Source: Octopus sinensis
Lineage: Eukaryota
Length of the DNA: 64,000 nucleotides
Direction: 5' to 3'
NCBI RefSeq assembly: GCF_006345805.1
Contig: NC_043004.1
Location: 89,218,001-89,282,000, forward strand
Under the pieces are notes generated by a model. That model was not told the origin of the DNA, did no database searches, and saw nothing but the letters and a program-made list of their open reading frames with translations. Below, piece by piece: positions 12,351 to 25,845 of this stretch. Each line of letters opens with the position of its first letter. Position 1 is the stretch's first letter. The translations under genes were made by a program, and so were the position numbers.

Positions 12351-12869
12351 CCAATAAACACATAGACAAGCTGCAATGATTGTATGTCTCAGATATTGTC
12401 TATTTACGGTCTGTTGACCATTGATTATTATGTCACATTCTAATGAGTAACCCTGTGATAGACAGGCATTCCATTCAGAAGGAATATTGGTCTGCCCACC
12501 TACACAGTAGGGCGGCAGAGTCTGAAAGCTACAACAATGTGAAGAAGCACATTGTGACCAGCAGTGTTTAACAACATCCAATGGTCTGGTTGATACAGCG
12601 AGACAATGGTTTTAATATAGATTTCCATTTAAGGCAGTATGCTGGCAGAATCATTAGCATGCTGGGAAAATGTTTAGCAGCATTTTCATCAGTCTTCATA
12701 TTCCAAGTTCAAATTCTGCCAAAGTCAACTTTGGATTTTTTGTAAAAAAAATTATTCCTTTTAAAAGAAGAAATTGTTTATTTACATAAGTGATAGCTTA
12801 ATGGCTTCAATGATCATGAATATATATTCAAACACACAGATATAAATGTGTGCCTTTGTGTACATACAT

Positions 12870-13288
12870 AGGCGTAGGAGTGGCTGTGCGGTAAGTAGCT
12901 TGCTTACGAACCACATGGTTCCGGGTTCAGTCCCACTGCATGGCACCTTGGGCAAATGTCTTCTACTATAGCCCTGAGCCAACCAAAGCCTTGTGAGTGG
13001 ATCTGGTAGACGGAAACTGAAAGAAGCCTGTCGTGTGTATAAATATATATATATATATGTATGTATGTATGTATATGTTTATGTGTCTGTGTTTGTCCCC
13101 CCAACATCGCTTGACAACTGATGCTGGTGTGTTTACGTCCCCGTAACTTAGCGGTTCAGCAAAAGAGACCAATAGAATAAGTACTAGGCTTACAAAGAAT
13201 AAGTCCTGAGGTCGATGTGCTTGACTAAAGGTGGTGCTCCAGCATGGCCACAGTGAAATGACTGAAACAAGTAAAAGAGTAAAAGAGT
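12870..13288 (+). mobile_element. SINE S1, full length
   Basis: ggcgtaggagtggctgtgcggtaag head through gactgaaacaagtaaaagagtaaaagag tail. Confidence 0.9.
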
Positions 13289-13304
13289 ATATTACAATAC
13301 ATTA

Positions 13305-13850
13305 GATAACTAACTGGCACTCCATAGGTTATGATGACGAGTGTTCCATTTGATCCGAACAATGGAACAGCCTGCACAGGAAATTAACATGCAAGTGGCT
13401 GAGCACTCCACAGACATCATCATCATCGTCGTCGTCGTTTAACATTCGCTTTCCATGCTAGCATGGGTTGGACGATTTGATTGTGGGCTGGCGAACCAGA
13501 TGGCTGCACCAAGCTCCAGTCTTGATCTGGTAGAGTTTCTACGGCTGGATGCCCTTCCTAACGCCAACCACTCCGTGAGTGTAGTGGGTGCTTTTACGTG
13601 CCATTGGCATGGGGGCCAGTCAGGCGGTACTGGCAACGACCTGTTAAAGTAGTTCTCAGGGAGATTCAGCTTGACATGGAATGTGACAAGGCTGGCTCTT
13701 TGAATTACAAGTACAACTCATTTTGGCCAGCTGAGTGAACTGGAGCAATGTGAGATAAAGTGTCTCGCTCAAGGACATGATGCACTACTGGAAATTGAAC
13801 TTACAACTTTACAATCCTGAGCCAACTACCTTAACAACTAAGTCACATAC
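13305..13850 (-). mobile_element. tRNA-headed SINE family S5, interrupted by an S2 copy at about 13416-13645
   Basis: Homologous to 43630-43935 (+) and 50820-51580 (-). Confidence 0.7.
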
Positions 13851-14025
13851 CTTCACTATACATATACATACATACATACATAATACATACATACATACAT
13901 AAATACATACATGCATACATACATACATAAATACATACTTACATACATACATACATAAATACATACACACATACATACACACATCACACACACACACACC
14001 ATACATACATACATACATACATACA

Positions 14026-14056
<31 letters not shown>

Positions 14057-14759
14057 GGAGAGAAGGAATGAGAGGGAGAGATGTGAACCAAACCAGATGT
14101 TATGTTACAAATGGACAAATTTCACTATAATTATAATAATGATTGACAGAATCATGAAATCATTTTTTTTAATAACTTGCTGTAATTGTTGTAGCTGTTT
14201 TCATTCTGGGTTCAAATCTCATCAAGGTCACGTTACCATAACATAACATTGAATGGTTATGAGGGTCACTCTGAGTACAATAGAAATGAAAGGGGTCCAT
14301 AGGTAAAAAAATTATTGTGAACCGCAAATCAAGAGGCTGTCAACCCCTTCTCATAAAAGATCATAACATTTACATGCTACAGAAATTATTTATTAAATCC
14401 TCAGAAAATCTTTGCTATGCAAAGGCAGATCTGGTGGGTCATATAGATTAATGTCCAATGCAGGATGTGGAGACACATGGCTTATTAGTTAGGGGATTTT
14501 GGACTCATGAAAGTAAGATTATGGTTTTCATTCTTGGACCAGGTGAGGTGTTGTGTTCTTGAGCAAAACACTTCATTTCATGCTGCCCCGGTCCACCCAG
14601 CTGGAAAAAATGAGTGATGCTGTAATGGACTGGTGTCCCATCCAGGGTGGGGAATTTATACACAATGGAAACTGGCCCTTTTGAGTCAGTATGACTCAAG
14701 AAGATAACCTTTACCAAACTTTTTTACCTATGCAGGATGGAATAGACTAAGGACTAAAG

Positions 14760-15040
14760 TTTAATGCTTGCTTACTTGCTGTATGCTCCAGCTTGATGAG
14801 GCTGGGATCATCCCAGGTTAGTGGTCTCAGAGGCATCATCATGTGTAGAGACAGCCAGGTCTGCCAGTGCTTTCCATTACTGGTAGTCCCATGCTAGCCC
14901 CGCTGCCTCCTCCAAGGTAACAGTGAGCCTCTGGAGATCTTCCTCAATTATGTCCAGCTATCAAAGGAGCTCCCTATACCAGCAGTTCTTGACCACAGCT
15001 CTCAAAGCATCATGTGGCCTCAACAGTCTTCCCTCTATAA
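14760..15040 (-). mobile_element. Degenerate RTE-like LINE 3' fragment
   Basis: Minus translation ...LDIIEEDLQRLTVTLEEAAGLAWDYQ*WKAL, resembling the RTE ORF C-terminus (D.I..DL....A.DR..W). Confidence 0.55.
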
Positions 15041-16134
15041 ATTTTTTATTGAATTGTGCTTTTTTTTCTTTTTGGTAAGGCCCCCTAAATAAATCCGGGT
15101 TTTGGATTTGGCCCAGATATTAAAAAGGTTGAGAGCCACTGGTCAATACAACCATTTGATTTGCTAAAAATAGCAGCAAAATTTCCCTCAGCTCATCTTA
15201 AATAAGGAAACATATAGAGTACAATGGATTCCCTAATATATACAAAAATCAATGGAATGATCACAGCTAGAACACTTTTGGTCATGAGGCTGTCCAATCA
15301 CACCTGACCAGGGGGTTAAACACTTATAACGGAAAAAACAACAATGGCAGACAAATCACACACCATCCTGCAATTCAGTGCAGTTATAATTATTAACATA
15401 GTTCAATTTAATATTTTTGGTTTTCATAAATTAGACAGTGAGTTCATCATCATTTAACATCCATATTCCATGTTTACAAGGATTGGACAGTTAGACAAGT
15501 ATCTAACGAGTCCAAGGACAGCGTTGTACTCTACTATCTGTTTTGGCTTGGCTTCTATCGCTAGATACCCTTCATAACTGCAACTACTTTACAGTATGTA
15601 CTGGGCCCCTCTTTTTTGTTTTGTTCCACTGGCACTATTGAGGTCATCATGTAGCTTGTGTGCCAACAAACCCAAAGAGGGAATGGATGCTGTATGTATT
15701 ATGGGTCCATTTTATTAATTAGTAACTCGTTCAGACTAAATTCTGGTTAATCCACTCATATATATATATATGTATGTATATGTATATATATAAATAGGTG
15801 TAGGAGTGGCTGTGTGGTAAGAAGTTGCTTCCCAACCACATGGTTCTGGGTTCAGCCTCGCTGCGTGGCACCTTGGGCAAGTGTCTAAGTGTCTTCTATA
15901 GCTTTGGGTTGGCCAAAACTTTGTGAGTAGATTTGGTAGACGGAAACTGAAAGAAACCCATCATGTATGTATGTATGTATGTATGTATGCATGCATGTAT
16001 GTATGCATGCATGCATGCATGTATGATGTATGTATGTATGTATGTATGAATGAATGTATGTATGTGCAGATTTGTATGTTTTATGTATGTATTCTCATGC
16101 ACACAGTTGCATATCTAGACATGCTCATATATAT

Positions 16135-16680
16135 TTAAATGATAAACTTCCAGAAAGTTTTACAGATTTTTACAGTTCCAGTGATGAATTGGATCTGTAG
16201 TATTCAAATTAGCTTTCTCCTTTCTGGTTTTGAGAAGCCTAATTTCTCAAGATTGGTATTTTGGCAGTGTGTTACATATCCCAGGGCCCCAATAATTACA
16301 GGTATAAACCTGAACTTGCAATCTGAATAGAGTACTGCAGATTTTTCAATAATTCAGCATAGGTGTTCTCTTTTTCACTGATCTTCAGCTTTATGTTAAC
16401 ATCCACTGGGCAGCTAATTTCCACAACTGTGCACAGTTTCTCTTCTCTATCCCAAATTTGTTATGCTTACATTTTATTTTGAGATCTTCACTGGTACATT
16501 CCACCAGTATTCCTTTTTATTATGAGTGGCCATGGTTTCTACCGTATTGTGGGTTCTTATTTCTTTGTCTTTGGGATTATCCTTCCGATGGATTTCATTA
16601 TAGTGTGCCCTAGCTACAACATCATGACTCATCAGTAGATAATACTGTGATGACATTTTCGGACAACTGCTCATTATGTG
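16135..16680 (-). mobile_element. R4/Dong-like (restriction-like endonuclease) non-LTR retrotransposon 3' fragment, pseudogenised
   Basis: HIMSSCPKMSSQYYLLMSHDVVAR...YWWNVPVK...FIPVIIGALGYV...KICKTF: end of the CCHC knuckle, RHN/RHD-type motif and REL-domain IPVxxGALG motif; frameshifts and stops present. Confidence 0.85.
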
Positions 16681-16744
16681 CATGATGCATGTATGTATGT
16701 GTGTATGTATGAAGGTAGGTAGGTAGGTAGGTAGGTGTGCATGA

Positions 16745-17096
16745 GTATGTGCATGTTCCTGACTCCTTGTCTTGACATCAGGTGATAGTTGTAAATGAGT
16801 GGCATCTAAAAAGCACCATCCGAACTTGGTCAATGCCAGCACCGCCTTGACTGGCCTCCGTACCAGTGACACGTAAAAAGCACCATCCGATCGTGGCTGT
16901 TTGCCAGCCTTTTCTGGCCCCTGTGCCGGTGGCACGTAAAAAGCACCCACTACACTCTCAGAGTAGTTGGCATTAGGAAGGGCATCCAGCTGTAGAAGTA
17001 CTGCCAGATCAGACTGGAGCCTGGTGTAGCCTCCTGCCTTCCCAGATGCTGGTCGAACCATCCAACCCATGCTAACATGGAAAACAGACGTTAAAC

Positions 17097-17128
<32 letters not shown>

Positions 17129-17330
17129 CGTCATACAGTATCATCCGTTTCTATTACCAATATTCTGTGTAAACCATATCTGGTCATGGGGAAATATCAC
17201 CTTACTTGGAAAAAGGCGAGGGTTGGCAACAGGAAGGGCATCCAGCCATAGAATAAAATCCACCTCAATAAACTCTGTTCAACCCATGCAAGCAAAGAAA
17301 AGTAGACATTAAAACAATGATGCTGTGGGG
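16745..17330 (+). mobile_element. RTE-tailed repeat family S6, split by an S2 insertion at about 16800-17125
   Basis: S6 head (ccttgtcttgacatc..gatagttgtaaatgag) and remainder (ggggaaatatcacc..aggaagggcatccag..cccatgcaagc) flank the S2 copy. Confidence 0.7.
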
Positions 17331-17873
17331 GATGATGACAACAACAACAACAATGACAACAACAACAACTTCGAATAAAAACTGCATCATTAGACTCATT
17401 TCTTTCTGCTTGTAACATCTATCATATCTTTTCAGTCAATATCATTTTATAATATAAGTGCCAAAGTAATTCCACCATTTTCTTCTTTATTTCCAAGTTT
17501 TCCATCCAAAACTGACACTCTGTCATGATTATATATAGCTACTGGTGCCAAAGCATCATGTAATAAGAAATAGTAACAAAACATAGCCAGGGACATGCTT
17601 AGCATAAAAACCACTTGGCGCTTTTATCCTAGTTCATATCACTCTGTTCAGTATCTATTCACCAGATATTTATATGCTAGTGTACTTATGACTAAACAGT
17701 AAAGAATTTTACTTCACAACCAAGTGGTGTTAGGTTCAGTCCAGCTGAATGGCATCTTGTTCAAGTGTCTTTTGCTATAGCCTTGTGAGTGAAATTGGTA
17801 GAAGGAAACTGTGAAGAAGCCCATCATTATCATCATCATCCTTTAATGTATGTTTTTCATGCTGGTATGGGTA

Positions 17874-18210
17874 GGTGCATGGCTCAGGGGTTAGAGCGTC
17901 AAGCTTATGATCATGAGGTTGTGAGCTCGAATCCCAGACCGGGCTGCGTGTTGTGTTCTTGAGCAAGACACTTTATTTCACGTTGCTCCAGTTCACTCAG
18001 CTGTAGAAATGAGTTGTGATGTCACAGGTGCCAAGCTTGTATCAACCCCTTTGCCTTTCCCTTGGATAACACTGGTGACATGTGGAGAGGGGAGGCTGGT
18101 ATGCATGGGCGACTGCTGGTCTTCCATAGACAACCTTGGCCAGACTTGTGCCTGGGAGGGTAACTTTCTAGATGCAATCCCCTGGTCAGTCATGAGCAAA
18201 GGGAGTCTCA
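17874..18210 (+). mobile_element. tRNA-derived SINE family S4
   Basis: ggtgcatggctcaggggttagagcg..gagctcgaatccc head; homologous to 30597-30925. Confidence 0.8.
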
Positions 18211-18885
18211 GATGGGTAGGAAGGTTTGACAGGGAACTGGTTAGCTGTGGGGCTGCATCAAGCTCCAATGTCATCTTTGACATGGTTTCTACAATTCGAT
18301 GGCCTCCGAAATGCTACGTGTGCGTGTATGTATGTGTGCGTGCTTGCGTGTGTCATCCGGGCCAGCATGGAAGACAGACATTAAACGCTGATGATGATGA
18401 TGATGATGATGATGATGAGGATGATGATGATGATGATGATGATGATGGTGATGGTGATGATGATGAAGATGATGATGATGATGATGACGATGAAAGATAT
18501 ATATTAAAGAGATTTGCTGTGTAAACCCAAAACAAGGCAAGAAGGTGCAAAGTAAACAAAAACAAAAGGAAAAGGAAAACAAAGCAAGACAAAATTGCTA
18601 ACCTTGTATTTCTATATTTTGGGGTTAGGATATCTGGAAAAAGCAAGGGATGGAAAAATCATTGCTCAAATGTGTGAGGCGAAATGGAAGGAAGAAGATG
18701 ATATGTACAGACTGGTGTTGCTATAACAACCAGTCTACATTATGTAGTTCTTTCTTGTTGTTAATGGCTGGTTTCAATTCGTTTATAAGGGAGCTCTCCA
18801 TGATTCTGAGATTGCCCATTATATACATACATACATATATATATATATGATATATATATATATATATACATACTACATACATACA

Positions 18886-18956
<71 letters not shown>

Positions 18957-19032
18957 CATACATACATACATACATACATACATACATAATACATATATAT
19001 AATATATATATATATAATATATATTATATATT

Positions 19033-19193
19033 AGGCGCAGGAGTGGCTGTGTGGTAAGTAGCTTGCTTGCCAGCCACATGGTTCCAGGTTCAGTCCCACT
19101 GCATGGCACTTTGGGCAAGTGTCTTCTACTATAACCGTGGGCTGACCAAAGCCTTGTGAATGGATTTGATAGACAGAAGCTGAAAGAAGCCCG

Positions 19194-19238
<45 letters not shown>

Positions 19239-19243
19239 TATAT

Positions 19244-19277
<34 letters not shown>

Positions 19278-19545
19278 ATATATATCTATAATATATATAC
19301 ATATATATATACACATATATGTATATATATGTTTGTGTGTCTGTGTTTGTCACCATAACATCGCTTTGACAACCGATGGTGTGTTTACGTCCCCCGTAAC
19401 TTAACGGTTCAGCAAAAGAGACCAATAGAATAAGTACTAGGCTTACAAAGAAGAAGTCCCGGGGCCGATTTGCCCGACTAAAAGTGGTGCTCCAGCATGG
19501 CCACAGTCAAATGACTGAAACAAGTAACAGAGTAAAAGAGTAAAA
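19033..19545 (+). mobile_element. SINE S1, full length
   Basis: Head, (TA)n core and tail all present. Confidence 0.9.
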
Positions 19546-20144
19546 TAGACTTTATTAAAACATTGCTGTTATGAAATTGATGTTTGGAACATAAATTATT
19601 ATAAAATTTTGATAGATTTTAATTTAGATCTCTTTAAAACAGAGAACTTGTATCATAGATCTCGAGCAGTCTCAGGCAGGATGGTATCATCAGTATCACC
19701 ATCATTTAATACCCACTTTTCCCTGCTTGCATTGGTCAGATGGAATTTGTTGAGACAAGGCCAGATGTCCTTCTTTTCATGAACCCTTAACTGTTTCCAA
19801 GGAAAGCAATATTTCCAACAGCCAGACATTTTTTTTTCTTTTTCACAGAAGACTAGAAAAAACAACACCACTTGTATGACAGTGATACTCATTTACAGCC
19901 ATCACATGATGTCATGATAAGAGTACAAACAAACATACACACACCGACACACATACACACACACACACACACATATATATACACACAGAATTAAAATACA
20001 AACTCAAATTAGGCAATCAACTTTTTATATATACTCATACAGTTATAAATTCGACTTAAGATGCATATATATACATTCATACATATTTTCCATATATATC
20101 CCACATGGATTCTATTAACATGTATTATTATATATATTTATTCT

Positions 20145-20523
20145 TTTATTTTTTTATTCTCTTACTCGTTTCAGTCATTTGACTGCGGCCTTGCTGGAGC
20201 ACTGCCTTTGATTGAACAAATTGACCCTAAGACTTATTCTTTGAAAGCCTAGTACTTATTCTATCGGTCACTTTTGCTGAACCGCTATGTGACGGGGATG
20301 TAAACACACAAACGTTGGTTGTCAAGCGATGGTGGGAGGACAAACACAAGACACAAATAATAAATAGATACGTATACATATATATATATACGACAGGCTT
20401 CTTTCAGTTTCCCTCTACCAAATCCACTCACAAGGATTTGGTCGGCTCAAGTTTATAGTAGAAGACATTTGCTCAAGGTGCCATGCAGTGGGACTGAACC
20501 CAGAACTATGTGGTTGGGAAGCA
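20145..20523 (-). mobile_element. SINE S1
   Basis: Reverse complement of the S1 consensus. Confidence 0.85.
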
Positions 20524-20834
20524 AGCTTCTTACCACACAGCCAAAAAATACTCATATATGTCTATATGTATTAATATATATACACTTTTTAAGTCAAATT
20601 TATAACTGTATGAGTATGTATAAAAAATTGATTGTCTTATTTGAGTTTATATTTTAATTATCTTTTGTCTCAGGTTCAACCCAAACACTTCTTAAGCAGT
20701 TCTATAAATTTCATAAGAAAGAATAATAATATTATATATATATATTATAATAATAATAATAATATTTTATACACACACACACAAAAACACACACACACAC
20801 ACACACATATACATGATGGGCTTCTTTTAGTTCC

Positions 20835-21200
20835 CCAAAATCAATACCAACATCAAAATCAATGAAAACTGCAGTTGTGATCCCTGTGCCGGTGGCACGT
20901 AAAAAGCACCATCCGAATCGTGGCCGATTGACTGGCTTCCATGCCGGTGGCACGTAAAATGCACCAATCCGATCATGGCTGTTGCCAGCCTCGCCTGGTA
21001 TCTGTGCCAGTGGCACGTAAAAAGCACCCACTACACTCACGGAGTGGTTGGCGTTAGGAAGGGCATCCAGCTGTAGAAACTCTGCCAGATCAGACTGGAG
21101 CCTGGTGCAGCCTTCTGGCTTCCCAGATCCCCGGTTGAACCGTCCAACCCATGCTAGCATGGAGAACGGACGTTAAACGATGATGATGATGATGATGATG
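20835..21200 (+). mobile_element. S2 repeat inserted into an S1 fragment
   Basis: Ends CCGTCCAACCCATGCTAGCATGGAGAACGGACGTTAAACGATGATG. Confidence 0.8.
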
Positions 21201-21924
21201 AAAATCCACTCCCAGGGCTTTGGTTGGTCTCAGGCTATGCTTGAAGGTGTTGTTCAAGCTACTGTACAGTTAGACTGAACCAAAGACTACATGGTTGGGA
21301 AGCAAGTTTCTCAACCACACAGCTACACCAACACCTATAAGGGTTTGATCCCATCTCACAAGTCTCATAAATGTATGTATATATGTATATGTGTTATTCC
21401 TTTGCGTTAGCCCCTGCCACCACCACTTGATAACCAGAGTTGGTTTGTTTACATTCCCGTCACTTATCAGTTCAGCAAATGAAACCAATAGAATAAGTGG
21501 CAATTTTAAAACATAAGTACAGGGGTCAATTTGTTTAAATAAACTCTTCAGGGCAGCAAGGTCCCAGCAAGGTCCCAGCAAGGCTGCAGTCAAATGACTG
21601 AAATAAGTAATAAAAAAAAAAAGAAAAAAAAAAAGAATTATAAAAATATTTTTAAAAAAAGATAAAAAATAAAATTTAAGCAGAAAAATGTGACAGAAAA
21701 TTCCGCAATTCTTTTAGATTCTTTCACTCGTTTAACCTAAACAGTCACAAGAAACACAATTATTATCTTCATATCAATAATATTTTCCATTCAGCTTCTT
21801 TACTAATTGTGTATTGTGTCAATCATTTCAAAAGAAAACACTACAAGCTGCTATAATCACCAATCTCAGCCTGTTGTAAGTCACCTTCCTTTGTAGAACA
21901 CCCACACCAGCTCTCCCCACCTTC

Positions 21925-21964
21925 TCTCTCTCTTGCTCTCTTTCTTGCTCTCCCTCATGCTTTC

Positions 21965-22045
<81 letters not shown>

Positions 22046-22109
22046 CTCTTTCTCTCTCTCAGTCCATCAGCCTTTCTTTTATTTCTTGTTTCATTCTTCC
22101 TTTCCCCCC

Positions 22110-22174
<65 letters not shown>

Positions 22175-22217
22175 CCATCAGCCTTTCTTTCATTTCTTGT
22201 TTCAGTCTTCCTTTCCT

Positions 22218-22282
<65 letters not shown>

Positions 22283-23045
22283 TCTCTCTCTCTCTCTCAC
22301 TCGCTCTCGCTCACTTTATTGATAGTTATTGTCAGATCTTTCCTTTTTCTATCTCTTAATTAGGAAATTAGAAGAATTGAGAGAAAGAGAGAGGGGAATG
22401 AAGGAAGAGGAGAAAGGGAGAAAGAGTGAAAGATTAGAAGGAGAGGAGAGAAAGAGAGGAGAAAAGGAGGAGTAAGTGTGGAGTGGAGAGTAAAAAAGGA
22501 TGAGGGGAAGATGTGGTAATAAGATAAGGGAGACAGGATAATGATGATGATGATGATGACAATGATGATGATGATTGTTGTGGTGTTGGTGATGAGGAAG
22601 AGGAGGAAAATGATGATGATGATGATGATGATAATGACAAGGACGATGATGATGATGTTGGTGGTGATTGGCAATAATGATGATGATGGTAATGACACTG
22701 ACAACAACAACGATTGTGGTGGTGGCGGCGGCGGTGGTGGTGGTGGCGGCAGTGGTGGTGGTGGCGGTTGTGGTGGTGGCGGCTGTGGTGGTGGTGGTGG
22801 TGGTGGTGGTGGTGGTGGTGGTGGTGGTGGGTGGTGGTGGTGGCGGCAGTGGTGGTGGTGGCGGTGGTGGGGTCGGCGGTCGTGGTGGTGGCAGCAGTGG
22901 CAGTGGTGGTGTTTGTAGCGGTGGTAGTGGTAGTTGACAATAATGATGATGATGGTGATAATGATACTGACAACGACGACAATGACGACACTGATGATGA
23001 TGATGATGACGATGCTGACGATGGCAATGATGACTATGACGACAA
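21925..23045. repeat. (CT)n block followed by (GAT)n/(GGT)n low-complexity block
   Basis: Visible repeats. Confidence 0.9.
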
Positions 23046-23602
23046 CAAAAATATAACGAAGGAAAAACAAAAATGGAAAAGAAGGTTGCTATTAAAAAAA
23101 CTAAAATGGAAAGTTTTAATTAGCTTTCAGATGTTCATGCTGATATCATGAAAAGAAAAAAATATCAAATATAAAATAGATCCGTAAATGTGTTAATATA
23201 AGTGCAAGTGGTGCACCCCACCACCACCATCAGCTATAATTTGGCATCGTAATGGAACAATGTTTTTTACTTAATCTAATACAATATGAATTACAAAAAT
23301 ACCATATTGGCTTTATTGTGCCAAATGTAACAATTGTATTTCACACCTGTTTCACTCAACATTAACAGTATTGACACAATGAAAAAGGGCTTCATGTGGT
23401 TGTTTGATATGCTGGAAACAGCAGTCAGATTATTACGCCACCAAATTAAGTTGTGTTGTCTTAAGTGAATGAAGCGTATGTTGGATGACGAACAATGTAG
23501 TCTTACATGTCTCTAATACAGTGTGATGGTCATTGCCAGAATGCCTTTGATCATAGGTCTGCTTATTTGGTCAGTGCTGAGAAACATGAGCCAACAAAGA
23601 GA

Positions 23603-23651
<49 letters not shown>

Positions 23652-25369
23652 TAATAGCTGCAACTCAATTTCAAGTAATACCATCACTTAACAGTTCTCT
23701 TAAATATGACCAGCATTGAAGTGGCATTTCAGTCCTGTAAGGAACCAACATTCTTTTACACATATGTGGCACTGACGGGCACCTCTTGCAGCAGATGTTC
23801 AAAGATGTTACCACTCATACTGACATATGCCTTTATTCCAATATGGAATTTTTCATTGAATATTTGCCTTTTTTGACTGTAGCCAGCCATAGTATGTAAC
23901 ACATAATAAAGGTGTCAACAGAGATGTTTTTAAAAGCCAAGCATTTAAGGTAAAGAAAAGACTTGCACATGACCAATCCCAGCCTGTGTACAACGTATTT
24001 GCCCCAAAAGAACTAGTCTACATCATTGCATGCAAATGAAGTCACAGGTGTTACATCAGAGTTTTTCTTCTACAGAGACATCTAAACAAAGACTAGGGTT
24101 CCTTTGCTCCCAGGTGTTGGTTGACACTCTATTGAGTTCATCTGGCTTTTGGCAGGTTTTGTTTTACAGCCTGCAAGATGTTCAATGAAAAACTACTCTC
24201 TTAACAAGCAAACTAGACACTGATGGCCTGATTATGTGACATGTTATACTAGAATATATGTTACCAGTAGCACTAAGAGTGATCTGACATAATATATATG
24301 TGTGTGTGTATATATTTATATTTTTTTAGTTGTTTCCATCATTTCATGCTGGAACACTGCCTTAAAAGGGTTTTAGTTGAAGAAATCAACCCCACCAACA
24401 GGATTTATTTTTTATAAGCCTAGTACTTATTTCCTCAGTTACTTTTGCTGAACCGCTAAGTTATGGGGACATAAACACACCAGCATCGATTGTCAAGTGA
24501 TGTCAGGGAAAACACATACACATACACACAAACGTGTATATATATATAATATATATACAATGGGCTCACTCACAAGGCTTTGGTGGGCCCAAGGCTATAG
24601 TAGAAGACACCCAAGTTTTAAGACGCTGTATCTTGAGTAGTTTATGTGAAGTGGTCGAAAACTTTTACACGGTTATTTTTGGTGATCATCTTGCATCTTC
24701 CCCTCTCATTCAGAACCCCTACAAAATATAATGATTAGGTATAGAAATGGCTCCAACAGGGCCAATATTTCATCTGTAAAAAAGGCAATGCAAAACATCC
24801 ACTTTTAAGTTAGCAATTGCTAGAAATTTACAATAGTTTAAAGTGGCCAAAGACTTTTGCATGGCACCGTATGTATATTCAAGGTGAACAGCTGCTACTC
24901 ACCAGTTGTAGCGAAAAACCATCCTCTTTAACAAGCAAGCTAAGTAGGGTTGCTGGATTAGTCAGTGACGGCCTGACCATGTAACAGGTCATACTGGATT
25001 ACATGTTACCAGTAGCACTAAGAGTGATCTGACATAGAATATATATATTCAAGGGTAGATGGTGCTCAGAAGTTGTAATAAAGACAATCTATCTAGATGA
25101 AGGAAATCTCTGAAATAAAAACTGTTTAGTGAGGACTTGCAACCAGTTGATACTATTGTACAAAGAAATAATTATGACTTAAAGATGTTATAGTTTTGTC
25201 TAGTGATCAGCCAGAATTTGAGAGGTGCAGTGTTCAATTCCCTATATATATATATATATATATATATATGCTGAAAAGAGACACTAAATCATCCAAATAC
25301 TTTAAATCTTTTTTAATGCTGGCCACTGATAATTTTTAAAGATTTTATCCTTTGTGATTATATATACAT

Positions 25370-25508
25370 AGGTACAGGAGTGGCTGTGTGGTAACTAACT
25401 TGCTTACCAACCACATGGGCAAGTGCCTTCAACTATAGCCTCGGGTCGACCAAAGCCTTGTGAGTGGATTTGGTAGACGGAAACTGAAAGAAGCTCGTCG
25501 TATATATG

Positions 25509-25539
<31 letters not shown>

Positions 25540-25791
25540 TTGTTTGTGTGTGTGTGTGCGTGTGTGTGTGTATGTTTGTATGTCTGTGTTTGTCCCCCCA
25601 ACATCGCTTGACAACCAATGTTTGTGTGTTTAGGTCCCCGTATCTTAGCAGTTCGGCAAAAGAGACCAATAGAATAAGTACTAGGCTTCCAAAGAATAAG
25701 TCCTGGGGTCGATTTGCTCGACTAAAGGCAGTGCTCCAGCATGGCTGCAGTCAAGTGACTGAAACAAGTAAAGGATAAAAGAGTAAAAGAG

Positions 25792-25792
<1 letters not shown>
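25370..25792 (+). mobile_element. SINE S1 with an internal deletion
   Basis: S1 head and tail; the gttccgggttcagtcc segment is missing. Confidence 0.85.

Positions 25793-25845
<53 letters not shown>

Noticed and set aside
21743-21880. Candidate exons at 21.7-21.9 kb and at 23.13 kb
   Set aside because: Stops in the phase compatible with the 9583 donor, or no adequate donor; no recognisable protein
22360-23151. Overlapping Pro/Gly/His-rich ORFs
   Set aside because: Trinucleotide microsatellite artefacts on both strands
24840-24872. Tc1-like terminal repeat (AAGACTTTTGCATGGCACCG-TA)
   Set aside because: Single degenerate end; no partner TIR found
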